From the NCBI GenBank assembly GCA_019058445.1, contig JAHPZA010000003.1:282810-346809 (forward strand): a DNA stretch of 64,000 nt, given 5' to 3'. Within the stretch, counting starts at the first letter, position 1. Each line of letters starts with the position of its first letter. This document shows positions 20,814-31,555 of the stretch, one piece after another. This DNA comes from Promethearchaeota archaeon (lineage in GTDB: Archaea; Asgardarchaeota; Lokiarchaeia; Sigyniarchaeales; SOKP01). The notes under the pieces were generated by a model that did not search any database, was not told the origin of the DNA, and saw only the letters and a program-made list of their open reading frames with translations. The translations under genes were made by a program, and so were the position numbers.

Positions 20814-22733
20814 TTATCTAAACCATCTCTTTGCGGTTATAATTCGGTTGAAAATCCATAAAAATAGATTTCCATCATTTTCAGGCCTCCAAGCTTTCCA
20901 CGTTTCTGAAGGAATAAAGCCATGGTCCACCATTAAATCCGGAAAAGGGCCGAGATTTTTCTTATTCCATTTTATATCTGCTGTAATAATGGTTCTCTCG
21001 TTTGAATTAGCATTTTTAGGGATAGTTATTAAGATTGGAATTGCCTTAAAAGTATTAGGTTCAATAATTATTGTTTCACTTGAGGGGGAAGCCTTCCAGC
21101 TATCGGGTAAATTCACGCTATATTCTAACTTGCTTTGCTTGTTGAGATAATTCCGAATAATAAGATTGGTCTTAAATTCATCTCCTGGTTTGGCTACAAT
21201 TCTGATCGGTTTGAAGCAAATCCAATTTGGATCAAGCCCCATATTTGGATTATCCTGTGCTACAATATCGTTAATTACAGGTTCGTATTCAGAAACAAAT
21301 TCTTTAAATTTCTTTAATAGGGATTGGTCTACTTTGATAATACCGTAATGACTAATGGCAATATACTCAGGGTTACATTTCAATAAAATATCAGCACATT
21401 TCATAAATCCAACTTGTTCCCCTAATCTACAGAAGTTAAGTCCATTTAAATTCGTATCCCGATCTACAAACGATCTTTGTGTAATTGTATCTCCTGCAAA
21501 AAAGATAGATTTTCCATCAATCTTTCCGAAAAGACTCATATGATATTCTGTTTGACCGGGGAAGTGGAAAATCTGGAATTCATACTCGTCCCATTTGAAA
21601 ATTTCCTTATCCTTTAAGACTCGATCTACCTTAATTTGCTGGTCTATTAAACATCCAATTCTATAGTGCGTAGGATTTTCCAAAACATCTACCATATTCT
21701 CTAAAGCATACACTTTAAGCCCTTGTTTATGCTGCAAAAGCGGGATTCCTGATGTATGATCATCATGGTAATGCGTTGGTAAAATAAAATCAATTGTTTC
21801 AATATTATTCTCTTTTAAAATCTTTTGTAATTCGGGGAGTTCATATCCATGCTCATCATCTCCAGCAAAATCAATTAGCATACAATTTTTATTATTCCCT
21901 TTAATTATGAATGGAGGACAGATATCTCTATGAAAAATATGTGGAAATTCTTGTTTTATATCAACAGTTTTCATTTCCCTTTCAGTTAATTCAGGTACCT
22001 CAATATCTATCCCCGAAAATCTGGAACAAAATGAAAATCTAGCCCGTTCGAATTTGTTTTTTAAAAGATCGATCTCTTTTTTGGGACTATCAATAATTGC
22101 TCCATGCGAGGGTAATAATACATCAGGGTGGGATTCCATTAGTTTTTTAAAGGATTCAAGTGAGCGCTTTATACCTCCCTCTCCATTATCATTATAGATA
22201 TATTCTAAATCATAATACGTAATCACTTTCGCACCAGAATGAATTAAATCTCCTGTAAATGCAAGAACTTTTCCATTATATTCCAAGATATAGGAAATTG
22301 AGCCTGTTGTATGGCCACTTGTACGAAGGATTTTAAATTGGAAAGGGTTCCAGTTAAAAATGTCACCATTCTTAAAGGTTTTCTCTAAAGGAATATTATA
22401 AGTCGAAACAAAAAATGTAGGTTTAAAATAGTAAAGATTATAGTAAGGTTGTGTTTTCCAGAATTCCTCAGCAGAAACAAACAATTTTCTTTCATGACGT
22501 GGAGCTGCTATTTTAATATTGCGCTCTAATGCCTTTATATCACCAAAACATTGATCTCGATGATAATGTGTGTGAAAAATATAATCAATCGTATCAATAC
22601 CTAATTCCGGTAAATAGTTTAATATGGCTCCTGAGCCGAAATCTATAAGTATTGCCTTTTTTCCATTTTTGATTACGTAAACATTTATAACGTCCTTAAA
22701 AAGATAAATATCTTTAAAAATTTCAGTAGACAT
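20814..22733 (-). CDS. Tandem double metallo-beta-lactamase-fold hydrolase with C-terminal Ig-like (NEW3-like) domain
   Basis: Two MBL motifs, THYHRDQ and THYHDDH, each followed by G(H/Q)T and GD; beta-rich C-terminus. Confidence 0.8.
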   Translation of the reverse strand: MSTEIFKDIYLFKDVINVYVIKNGKKAILIDFGSGAILNYLPELGIDTIDYIFHTHYHRDQCFGDIKALERNIKIAAPRHERKLFVSAEEFWKTQPYYNLYYFKPTFFVSTYNIPLEKTFKNGDIFNWNPFQFKILRTSGHTTGSISYILEYNGKVLAFTGDLIHSGAKVITYYDLEYIYNDNGEGGIKRSLESFKKLMESHPDVLLPSHGAIIDSPKKEIDLLKNKFERARFSFCSRFSGIDIEVPELTEREMKTVDIKQEFPHIFHRDICPPFIIKGNNKNCMLIDFAGDDEHGYELPELQKILKENNIETIDFILPTHYHDDHTSGIPLLQHKQGLKVYALENMVDVLENPTHYRIGCLIDQQIKVDRVLKDKEIFKWDEYEFQIFHFPGQTEYHMSLFGKIDGKSIFFAGDTITQRSFVDRDTNLNGLNFCRLGEQVGFMKCADILLKCNPEYIAISHYGIIKVDQSLLKKFKEFVSEYEPVINDIVAQDNPNMGLDPNWICFKPIRIVAKPGDEFKTNLIIRNYLNKQSKLEYSVNLPDSWKASPSSETIIIEPNTFKAIPILITIPKNANSNERTIITADIKWNKKNLGPFPDLMVDHGFIPSETWKAWRPENDGNLFLWIFNRIITAKRWFR

Positions 22734-22756
22734 TTTTCAAGGAATAAAATATATTA

Positions 22757-23113
22757 TTAAATTTTATCCATTAAATAATCAATAAATTCTGAATCAATGG
22801 TACCAAACACCCTAATCACATCTTCTGATTTAAATGCTTTAAAATCATCAAAACTAAGGTCTATATCGTCTCCTGTTTCTAAGGACTTGAACATTTTTAG
22901 TTTAAAAAAATTATAAACTAACTCATATGAATAAACTTCTGTATTTTTTGAGTCTAAAATTAATTGGCTATTATAATTTTCCTCAATTTCCTTTATTAGA
23001 TCTTTAATTTTAATATTTTTTAAATTATTCTGCTGTAAAAATTCTGAAATATTGAGAAAACTATTTATTTCTATTTCCTTCGTTATTAATTCTACAATTT
23101 CTTTTGATTCCAT
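22757..23113 (-). CDS. Hypothetical protein
   Basis: 118-aa ORF closely packed with 23125-24514. Confidence 0.55.
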   Translation of the reverse strand: MESKEIVELITKEIEINSFLNISEFLQQNNLKNIKIKDLIKEIEENYNSQLILDSKNTEVYSYELVYNFFKLKMFKSLETGDDIDLSFDDFKAFKSEDVIRVFGTIDSEFIDYLMDKI

Positions 23114-23124
23114 AATTTTGAATA

Positions 23125-23781
23125 TTATATTTTAGTAATCGTTTTATTTTTAATATCTATCAAAATGTTAGAATATGCCTCTAAAGGAAAAAAACTGCGA
23201 AATAGTCTAATATCTTCTAATTTTTCTTCATTCAATACTTTTAAATTTCCGCTCTCAATAATCTTCTGATATTGTTCAAATTTGTCCCTTATAATTTCAA
23301 AACGTTGAATTTTTGAATAGAGCTCCTTAAATTTTTCTTTAAAATGATGAAAATTGGTTAAACTTTCTTTTAATTTATCACATTTATCTTTAAATACATC
23401 TCGCTTGATTTTTTCATGAAATATATCGCAAAATAAAAGTTTAAATGGTGATATAGAATCATTTTCATTTAATTGCTTAAATAAATCATGTTGTTTATTA
23501 AAATTAATTAATTCATCCGTGTCAATGAATCTTTGAAAAATTCTTTTAATACTTTGATTTAATCTATTAAAATCTTTTAGTTTAATTTTAGATTCTAATA
23601 TTTCCTTTATGGTATTTCTTAAATAATAGAATCCTAATGTAAGTTTTGTTTCTTCAACTTGATTATCAGGATTGATGAGGGTAACTCTAATTTTCCCTAA
23701 ATTAAATATGCGCTCCTTGGCAAGATCTTGAAAGTTTTTAATTTTGTCCTGTAATACATTTAAAGAATATTCTAAACTCAT
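23125..23781 (-). CDS. Hypothetical helical/coiled-coil protein
   Basis: 218-aa ORF, 1 nt from the upstream gene. Confidence 0.6.
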   Translation of the reverse strand: MSLEYSLNVLQDKIKNFQDLAKERIFNLGKIRVTLINPDNQVEETKLTLGFYYLRNTIKEILESKIKLKDFNRLNQSIKRIFQRFIDTDELINFNKQHDLFKQLNENDSISPFKLLFCDIFHEKIKRDVFKDKCDKLKESLTNFHHFKEKFKELYSKIQRFEIIRDKFEQYQKIIESGNLKVLNEEKLEDIRLFRSFFPLEAYSNILIDIKNKTITKI

Positions 23782-23782
23782 A

Positions 23783-24514
23783 TTAATTTGGATTTTGGTT
23801 GATTTCAGTTAATGAATTTTTTTCAAATTTTAATTTTTGAACCATAATATCATAGATTTTTTCTCTTACCTCTTTATTATCGGTAAAATCAATATGATCC
23901 ATTTTTAGAAAGAATTCTCCAAATTCTTTTTGGATTTCAGATGTAAATTGGTTCATCCTTTCTATTAATATTGGTGAAGGTACTCTTCCTAAAATAAATA
24001 ACACCGCTAAATCACTATCTTGAAAACGAATCATCTTAAATTCCATACCCTCAACACTTAATCCTTTAAGTTGTCGTTCAATGGCCTCCTGACTAAAGCT
24101 AGTTATTGCAGTAAAAAGACCAATAACTAACTCAATACTTTTTTTAAAGATTGAATGATTCCAACCAAATTTTACAAGCCCAGCTGACGCGTTAAAAATT
24201 ATATAACTCTTAATACATTCTACGTCAGGATCGCCTTTAAGTAACTCTATTAAATATAACCGAATTAACTCCAGTTCTTGATTAAAATCCGGGAGCTCAA
24301 AAAGATCTTCAAAATCACTTACTTTTTTTTCTAAATTTGACTCAATGATTAATTCAATCGTTGATTTAATATCCATTAAATAATCTTCATTTTGCAGATT
24401 GCTTTTTAATATATCTTCAGTGCCCTCAGAACGATTTTCAAATTTCTCTAATAAATAAACCTTCCTTAACTTATCAAATGCATCAACAATTCCAGGAGTT
24501 ATAGCATTTATCAA
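23783..24514 (-). CDS. Longin/roadblock-like domain protein
   Basis: YIIFNASAGLVKF...LVIGLFTAITSFSQE...LKGLSVEG...VLFIL pattern resembles Asgard longin-like domains. Confidence 0.55.
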   Translation of the reverse strand: MINAITPGIVDAFDKLRKVYLLEKFENRSEGTEDILKSNLQNEDYLMDIKSTIELIIESNLEKKVSDFEDLFELPDFNQELELIRLYLIELLKGDPDVECIKSYIIFNASAGLVKFGWNHSIFKKSIELVIGLFTAITSFSQEAIERQLKGLSVEGMEFKMIRFQDSDLAVLFILGRVPSPILIERMNQFTSEIQKEFGEFFLKMDHIDFTDNKEVREKIYDIMVQKLKFEKNSLTEINQNPN

Positions 24515-24743
24515 TTTAATCTCAATGACTCAAAAAATTTAGTTTTGTTATTATTTCACTATATTTATATAAATTCTGTTATTTTAATTATTTCTTATTA
24601 AAACAATTATTCTTGTTGTTAATGGTTAACATAAAATAATAAAAATAAAATTTTAAATAGAATTGGTTAGACTAGATATTTGCTATTTTTGTCAGGAAAA
24701 TTGGAGATTATAATAATTTATTTCAGTATTAGAGGAGTTTTTT

Positions 24744-26621
24744 ATGGAAATTAATTTAGAAAACCTTGATGATCAATTAAGATGTTTTTATGAATTCTCT
24801 TTAGATTTCCTCTTTATTTTGGATTTAAATGAGAAAATTCTTGATATGAATTCTATTGCTTTAGAAAATCTGGAATATACGAGAGAGGAGATTTTCAATA
24901 GAACCTTGAATGAATTTATTTTAAATGAAGATGTTAAGATATTTGAAGAATATATTATCAAAATCAAGAAAAAAGAAAAACCTATAGAAAAGATCACCAT
25001 AAGATTAAAAAAAAAATATGGTACTTATTTAGATTTGGAATTAAATGGAGTACCAATTCAGACAAAAGATAATAAGTATATAATATTAGTGATAGCTCAT
25101 GATATCACAGAATACAAAGAAGCTAAACAAAAACTAATAGAATCGGAAGAAGAATATAGACTAATTACAGAAAATGCCAACGATCTTATTGCCATTGTAA
25201 ATCAAAAATATGAACATGAATTTATTAATGAACAAACTTACATGAATATTTTAGGGTATTCTAATAAAGATATGCTAGGAAAAACCAGATTAGACATAGT
25301 ACATCCTGATGATTTGGAAAAAGGAATGAATGCTTATAAAACTGGCTTTCTAAATGGCGTAGGAACAGTTGAGCTAAGACTCCGACACAAACAAGGACAT
25401 TATATCTGTTTTGAATTTAAAGGTAAGACATATCGGAATTTAAAAGGTGATTTGAAAGGCTTATTAATTGGCAGAGAAATTACACAACGGAAAAAAACAG
25501 AGCTAAAATTAAAAGAATCGGAAGAAAAATATCGGAATATTACGGAACAATCTTTAATGGGTATTGGCATAATCCAAGATAATAAAATTAGGTTCATCAA
25601 TAAGACTTGTGCTGATATATTCGGATATACTATTGAAGAAATGATGCAATGGGAATTAAAAGATGTTATTAATGCTATGCATCCTGAAGATAGAAATTTT
25701 CTGATACCACAATTAACCAAAAAACAGAGAGGAGAGAAAGGATTTGAAATTTCTTATCAATATCGTGGTATTAAAAAATCGGGTGAATTAATATGGATTG
25801 AGAATTATTCTAATTCAATTCAATTTAGAGGTAAACCTGCAGATCTTATAACTGTGATAGATATTACGGAGCAAAAAATAGCAGAACAAAGGTTAAGAGA
25901 ATCTGAAGAAAACTATCGAAAAGCATATGAACGAGAAAATTTTTATAAAGATTTGTTTGCTCATGATATGAGCAATATTCTTCAAGGAATGCTTATATCT
26001 CTAGAAATTTATGGATTAGAATTTAGTTCTCCTAAAGAATCTTATATTTCTAAGGAAATTTTAAATATATATGAAGATCAAGTAAAAAGAGCCATTAGTT
26101 TAGTGAATAATGTAATAAAATTTTCTGAACTTGATCAAGCTCAGATAATATTAAAAAAAATAGACTTTAGAAAAACAATTAAAGAAGCTTATAATCTCAT
26201 TTTAAATCAAGTAGCAGATAAGAAAATCAATCTACAATTAAACTTCTCGTCTGATATCTTTTTTATAAAAGCTGATAATTTTTTATTGGATGTATTTGAA
26301 AATCTACTCTATAATTCTGTTAAACATAATGAGAATCAAGAAATTGAGATTCTCATTAAATCATCTACCATCCAAAAAGAAAAAAATCGATTTTTGAAAT
26401 TAGAAATAATTGATAATGGAGTAGGTATCCCTGACGAGAGAAAAGAAAGTATATTTATGAGAGTAAATAAGGAAGATAAAAGTGTTAGTGGAATAGGACT
26501 TGGTCTTTCTCTTGTAAAAAAAATCCTTGAGAATTATAATGCAGAAATATATGTTGAAAATAGAATCAGTGAAGACTATACTAAAGGCAGTAATTTTATT
26601 TTAGTATTTTCGGACGTATGA
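24744..26621 (+). CDS. Cytoplasmic PAS-domain sensor histidine kinase (3 PAS)
   Basis: PAS/PAC repeats (VHPDD, MHPED); H-box FAHDMSN; N-box NLLYNSVKH; DNGVGI; GIGLGLS. Confidence 0.92.
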   Translation: MEINLENLDDQLRCFYEFSLDFLFILDLNEKILDMNSIALENLEYTREEIFNRTLNEFILNEDVKIFEEYIIKIKKKEKPIEKITIRLKKKYGTYLDLELNGVPIQTKDNKYIILVIAHDITEYKEAKQKLIESEEEYRLITENANDLIAIVNQKYEHEFINEQTYMNILGYSNKDMLGKTRLDIVHPDDLEKGMNAYKTGFLNGVGTVELRLRHKQGHYICFEFKGKTYRNLKGDLKGLLIGREITQRKKTELKLKESEEKYRNITEQSLMGIGIIQDNKIRFINKTCADIFGYTIEEMMQWELKDVINAMHPEDRNFLIPQLTKKQRGEKGFEISYQYRGIKKSGELIWIENYSNSIQFRGKPADLITVIDITEQKIAEQRLRESEENYRKAYERENFYKDLFAHDMSNILQGMLISLEIYGLEFSSPKESYISKEILNIYEDQVKRAISLVNNVIKFSELDQAQIILKKIDFRKTIKEAYNLILNQVADKKINLQLNFSSDIFFIKADNFLLDVFENLLYNSVKHNENQEIEILIKSSTIQKEKNRFLKLEIIDNGVGIPDERKESIFMRVNKEDKSVSGIGLGLSLVKKILENYNAEIYVENRISEDYTKGSNFILVFSDV

Positions 26622-27073
26622 AAGGATTTGAATAGGCAAAAAAAAAAATTATTAATTGTTTATAATTTCATTTCAAATGCATCTATAATTTCAGGATTTA
26701 AAGTATTTATCAAACTAATCGTGATTATTCTTAAAATTATTATTTATTCCTTTTCTATTATATTTATATCAGTTCTTTTATTTTAATTAATTCTTTCCAA
26801 AATCTCTATTCTAATAATAGTTGTTAATAAAATGTTTCGAAATGAGATATAATAAATATTCTTTTAAGCTTCAATATCTTTAATAAATAAATTTAAAATT
26901 CTATGTCTTTCCCTTAAGATTTAATAAAATTTACCATAAAAGAAAAATTTTTAATAAAAGTAATTTTATTTGAAAGTTATAAACGATTTATCCAAATAAA
27001 TTAAATCAACAATTATCAATTAAATTGTGAGTAGTTAATATGCTTATAATTAGGTGATTTAGAAATATCAGAA

Positions 27074-28261
27074 GTGATGATTTGGAATCCTATTGAACGA
27101 TTCTTATGGGGGTTAGCGACAGCAATTCTAATATTATGTGGCCTACTATATTTTAAAAGAAGTTTGGAACGGGATGATAATAAAGAAAGGAATTATCTAA
27201 TAGGTTTTGGAATAGTCTTCATTTCTATGGCTATAACTAGATGTATTTTTATTCTTGCTGATTTGCAAATTCAAGGACATTTTATAGATAATGCATTTTA
27301 TGGGGATATTTATGCATCAAATAATTCAAATTACTGGATAATGATTAAAACAGGAAATATTATTTGGAATATATGTGTATTAATTTTTTTATTCACTTTA
27401 CCATTAAACTCCAAACGTATCAAATATACTCTTTTGACAATACAATTTGTTTTTTTGCTATTAATTATTTTTACTCCAGATCAAATATCTCATGAAATTG
27501 ATAGTATTGAGGTTATCTTTTTTTTCTTAGTTTTTTATATAAATTTAATTTCTTTAACTAAAAAATCAAGACTTGAATTAAAGGGTATCTCATCAATATT
27601 ATTATTTGGAATGAATATCCATCTTATTGGTGTTATATTTTATTCTCCAGAAATAAAAAGTCTTAATACAGCACCCTTAATATTAGCCCCATTACTTACC
27701 TTAATTGGTAGTCTAATTTCTATAATTCCTATGATAATAAAACAAATCTATTATACAAACGCTTTAAAATTTTGGTTAGTTCTTGGAATCACTACTATTG
27801 TAATATCAAGTTTTATGGCATTTTATTTTATATATCTAGGGCTTATAGTCTTTTTTATTTTAGCAATAATATCAATTTTAATTTTAATCTATATATTTTA
27901 CCAGGCAATAATTAATATTGAATTTGAAGCTAAATCAGATATAGAAGTAGAACATGAAGATATGTTGGGTATATTTACCAGACCTGATAAAATTAATGAA
28001 GAGGATATATCACTTTCTATAGAAAAAAAAATTTGTTTAGTTTGTAAAGGAAAAGTATCAAGATTTAATAGTTATATATGTGAATGCTATGTTTTATATT
28101 GTGAAAAATGTGCTCAGGCATTATCGAACTTAGAAAATGCATGCTGGGTCTGCAATGCTCCCTTTGACGAGTCAAAACCAGTGAAAGAATATAAAAACAT
28201 AGAAGAAAAAACAGATGCTGGATTTTTGGATATGATTAAAAAAAATTCAAAAGTTAATTAA
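27074..28261 (+). CDS. Polytopic membrane protein with C-terminal C4C4 RING-like zinc finger
   Basis: About 9 hydrophobic segments, then C-x2-C-x11-C-x-C-x4-C-x2-C-x10-C-x2-C. Confidence 0.75.
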   Translation: MMIWNPIERFLWGLATAILILCGLLYFKRSLERDDNKERNYLIGFGIVFISMAITRCIFILADLQIQGHFIDNAFYGDIYASNNSNYWIMIKTGNIIWNICVLIFLFTLPLNSKRIKYTLLTIQFVFLLLIIFTPDQISHEIDSIEVIFFFLVFYINLISLTKKSRLELKGISSILLFGMNIHLIGVIFYSPEIKSLNTAPLILAPLLTLIGSLISIIPMIIKQIYYTNALKFWLVLGITTIVISSFMAFYFIYLGLIVFFILAIISILILIYIFYQAIINIEFEAKSDIEVEHEDMLGIFTRPDKINEEDISLSIEKKICLVCKGKVSRFNSYICECYVLYCEKCAQALSNLENACWVCNAPFDESKPVKEYKNIEEKTDAGFLDMIKKNSKVN

Positions 28262-28357
28262 GAATTTTCTAAAAACTAATTATAATAAATCGATTGATAA
28301 ATTAGGTTTGAATTTAATTAAAAAAAGATAAAAAAAAATTGATCTAATTAATAGTTT

Positions 28358-29752
28358 TTATAATTTCATTTCAATTAATTTTGCCTTGTTTTGTTTAACC
28401 TTATCTGGTGTTATGTCATAGAATTTCCAAAAGATTAAGACTCCAATACCTATATATATGGCTGGTAAAAGTCCAAAGTGTAATTGAATTCCAAATAAGG
28501 CACTCTCAGGTTGTGTAGCAGCGCCCTCCACGAACCCTGTAAGCGTATGTACGAGAGCTAGTGTTACTGCTTGAATTACTCTTGCTAAATTGAGGAAAAA
28601 TTGACGAAATCCTCCATATGTAGATTCTCTTCGCTTTTCGGACATAACTACGGATTCATCAATCACATCGCTAAAAACTGGTGTTATCATAACCCAAAAA
28701 CCTCCAAATGCAAGACCGTACAAGAAGAGCACTATCAAATCACCGGTTAAATTCGTCATAAAGGTTAAAGGAGCTGCAGTTATTGCCATAAGAGTAGCAC
28801 TGTAGATCCAGGTTTTTCGATTATCTTGAGTCTTATTTGTCCATCTGATCCATAATGGAAGTGAGATTAATCCTCCAAAAAAAAATGCTAATATAAGAAA
28901 AGTTACAACCTCCGGGTCTACGTTTAAGATAAATCTAGTATGGTAATATACTGAAGCCAGCATTAACTGAACCATTGCCTGATATAAAATATATAATAAT
29001 AGATATGCCAGATAATTTTTATGTGATAAAACAAATTTTACTGATTTAAAAAAGGATTCTCTCTCCTGTTTCTCATAACTAACCAGAAAATGTTCTACTG
29101 TTTCTTTATCATCAGTTATACCGGCATACATAAGAAACCAGACACCAACACTAATTCCTACGCATACCCACGCCATTATTGCATAAGAGCTAATATTTCC
29201 AAAATCTATAATCATTGGGGGGACTACAAATGACAAAATTACTCCAATAAAACCAAAATATACTTCAAAAGTAGATAGTATCCTACGCTCTCCCTGGTCT
29301 CTGTATTTGTCTGGGCCAAGAGCCCAATAATTCACCGTAAAAAAAGATTCGACGGTATCAAATAAACATGTAGAAAAAACAAGCCAACCAAATAAACCCA
29401 ATTGAGAATTTTGAACAAAATTTGGCGGAGAAAACACAAGTAGAAAACAGAATATCATTGGAATGAAGAAAACAGCGATAAATGGAAATCTGCGTCCCCA
29501 TTTTTTAGTCCATCTGAAAGGACGATCGGTCAAATATCCGACTACGGGATCATTAAATGCATCGTAAACAGCATAAATAGCTACCCCGAGTCCAGCCAAT
29601 AATGAGTTTAATCCAAGTTCTGCTTCATAGAAGAAAAAAATCAGAATACTAAGCACACCCTGAATTAATTCAATTGCTATGCTTGCCGTATTAAACGAAG
29701 CCATATTTTTTTTAGAATGTAATATTATTGGTGCTTCTTTTCTTTCACTCAT
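28358..29752 (-). CDS. GPH/MFS_2 transporter, paralog 7
   Basis: YDAFNDPVVGYLTD, KWGRRFP, RRESTYGG. Confidence 0.9.
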   Translation of the reverse strand: MSERKEAPIILHSKKNMASFNTASIAIELIQGVLSILIFFFYEAELGLNSLLAGLGVAIYAVYDAFNDPVVGYLTDRPFRWTKKWGRRFPFIAVFFIPMIFCFLLVFSPPNFVQNSQLGLFGWLVFSTCLFDTVESFFTVNYWALGPDKYRDQGERRILSTFEVYFGFIGVILSFVVPPMIIDFGNISSYAIMAWVCVGISVGVWFLMYAGITDDKETVEHFLVSYEKQERESFFKSVKFVLSHKNYLAYLLLYILYQAMVQLMLASVYYHTRFILNVDPEVVTFLILAFFFGGLISLPLWIRWTNKTQDNRKTWIYSATLMAITAAPLTFMTNLTGDLIVLFLYGLAFGGFWVMITPVFSDVIDESVVMSEKRRESTYGGFRQFFLNLARVIQAVTLALVHTLTGFVEGAATQPESALFGIQLHFGLLPAIYIGIGVLIFWKFYDITPDKVKQNKAKLIEMKL

Positions 29753-29966
29753 TTTCTAATACCTCTTATAGGTTTTTCCTATTTTTTTCATTAAATTTGT
29801 TATTTTCTAGTTTATTTTTCAGATAAATAAATATTTATAACTAACTCCTTTTTTTCAGAAAATCTTGTATAGTTAAACTTGTATAACATTGCAAAATTTA
29901 AGGTTTTATTAAATGAAATGATTCGAAATGAAAAAAGGAAAAAAAAGAGGAATTAATTAATTTCTT

Positions 29967-31361
29967 TTATAATTTTTTCTCGATTAATTTTGCCTTGTTT
30001 TCTTGTACTTTGCTTGGCGTTAAATCATAGAATTTCCAAAATATTAATACCCCAATGGCAAGGTAAATTGCAGGAATAAGACCAAAATGTAATTGGATGC
30101 CAAATACTGCCAAAGGAGACTGTTTGCTGGCACCTTCCACAAAACCTGTAAGTTCATGTACAAAGGCCAAGGTTAGTGCTTGTATCACTCTCGCTAAATT
30201 GACGAAGAATTGGCGAAGACCCCCATAGGTGGATTCTTTTCTTCGTTCAGAATTCACTACTGACTCATCAATAACATCACTATATGTGGGCGTAATCATT
30301 ATCCAAAAACCTCCGAATGCCAGCCCCCATAGAAAAAGAATAACCAAATCAGCAATTAAACTTGCCATAAAGGTTAAAGGTGCGGCAAATATCACCATAA
30401 AAGTAGCAGAAAGTAACCAAGTTTTTCTATTATCTTGTGTTTTTTCAGTATACTTTTTCCAGAATGGAATTGAGATTAATGAACCAAGAAATAATGTCAA
30501 AATTAGAAGTGTTACTACTTCTTCTTGTTCCTTTATGACAAATCTGGTATGATAAAACACAGAGGCTTGCATTAACTGTATCATCGCCTGATATAAAATA
30601 TATAAAATTAGAAATGCTATGTAGTTCTTATGGGTGACAACTGATTTTAAAGACTTAAAAAAGGGTTCCCTTTCTTGGTTTTCAGCATTTGCCAAGTAAT
30701 TATCAACTGTTTCTTGGTCATCTCTTATGCCAGGTAGCATAACAAACCAAACTATAGAACTAATTGCAACGCAAATCCAAGCCATTAGGGCGTAAGAACT
30801 GATATCTCCAAAATTAATTATCATGGGAGGAATAACAAAGGATAATATTACACCAATGAATCCTAAGTAAACTGTAAAAGATGACGCAGTCCTACGCTCT
30901 TCTTGGTCTCTAAATTTATCTGGTGCTATACTCCAGTAATTCACAGTGAAAAAAGACTCAACTGTATCAAAAAGACATGTTGAAAACACTAGCCAACCAA
31001 AAATACCCATTTGGGACCCTTGAATTGCTGTTGGGGGAGAAAAAACTAGTAAAAAGCAGAGAAGCATTGGTATAAAAAATATAGCAACGAATGGAAATCT
31101 TCTTCCCCATTTTTTTGTCCACCTAAATGGACGGTCAGTTAACCATCCTATGAGAGGATCATTAAACGCATCATACACGGCATAAATTAAAATACCCATA
31201 CCAGCGAGAAATGAACTCAATCCAAGTTCGGTTTCATAAAAGAAAAAAATCAATATACTTAGAACTCCTTGAATCAATTCTATAGCTATACTTGCTGAAG
31301 TCATGGAAGCCATAATCTTCTTAGAATGTTTTATTGCTGGTACTCCCTTAATTTCACTCAC
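29967..31361 (-). CDS. GPH/MFS_2 transporter, paralog 8 (GTG start)
   Basis: Close paralog of 28358-29752; both share the upstream motif AGATAAATAAATATTT (+ strand 29821 and 31427). Confidence 0.9.
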   Translation of the reverse strand: MSEIKGVPAIKHSKKIMASMTSASIAIELIQGVLSILIFFFYETELGLSSFLAGMGILIYAVYDAFNDPLIGWLTDRPFRWTKKWGRRFPFVAIFFIPMLLCFLLVFSPPTAIQGSQMGIFGWLVFSTCLFDTVESFFTVNYWSIAPDKFRDQEERRTASSFTVYLGFIGVILSFVIPPMIINFGDISSYALMAWICVAISSIVWFVMLPGIRDDQETVDNYLANAENQEREPFFKSLKSVVTHKNYIAFLILYILYQAMIQLMQASVFYHTRFVIKEQEEVVTLLILTLFLGSLISIPFWKKYTEKTQDNRKTWLLSATFMVIFAAPLTFMASLIADLVILFLWGLAFGGFWIMITPTYSDVIDESVVNSERRKESTYGGLRQFFVNLARVIQALTLAFVHELTGFVEGASKQSPLAVFGIQLHFGLIPAIYLAIGVLIFWKFYDLTPSKVQENKAKLIEKKL

Positions 31362-31555
31362 TCTTGAATACCTCTAAATAACTTTTTGTTTTTTTTATAA
31401 ATTTATTATTTTATATCTTGCTTTGTAGATAAATAAATATTTTGAACTTAGAGCTATTTTTAAGAAATTGTATAAAATTTAGCTTTTCTAATTTTTTAGA
31501 ATTTCATTTTTGGATATATGAAATTTTTAATATTTACGCTATATTTTCAATTCAC

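Noticed and set aside
26622-27073. Long, very AT-rich intergenic stretch as ncRNA or origin
   Set aside because: No repeats, ORB-like boxes or stable structure seen by eye.
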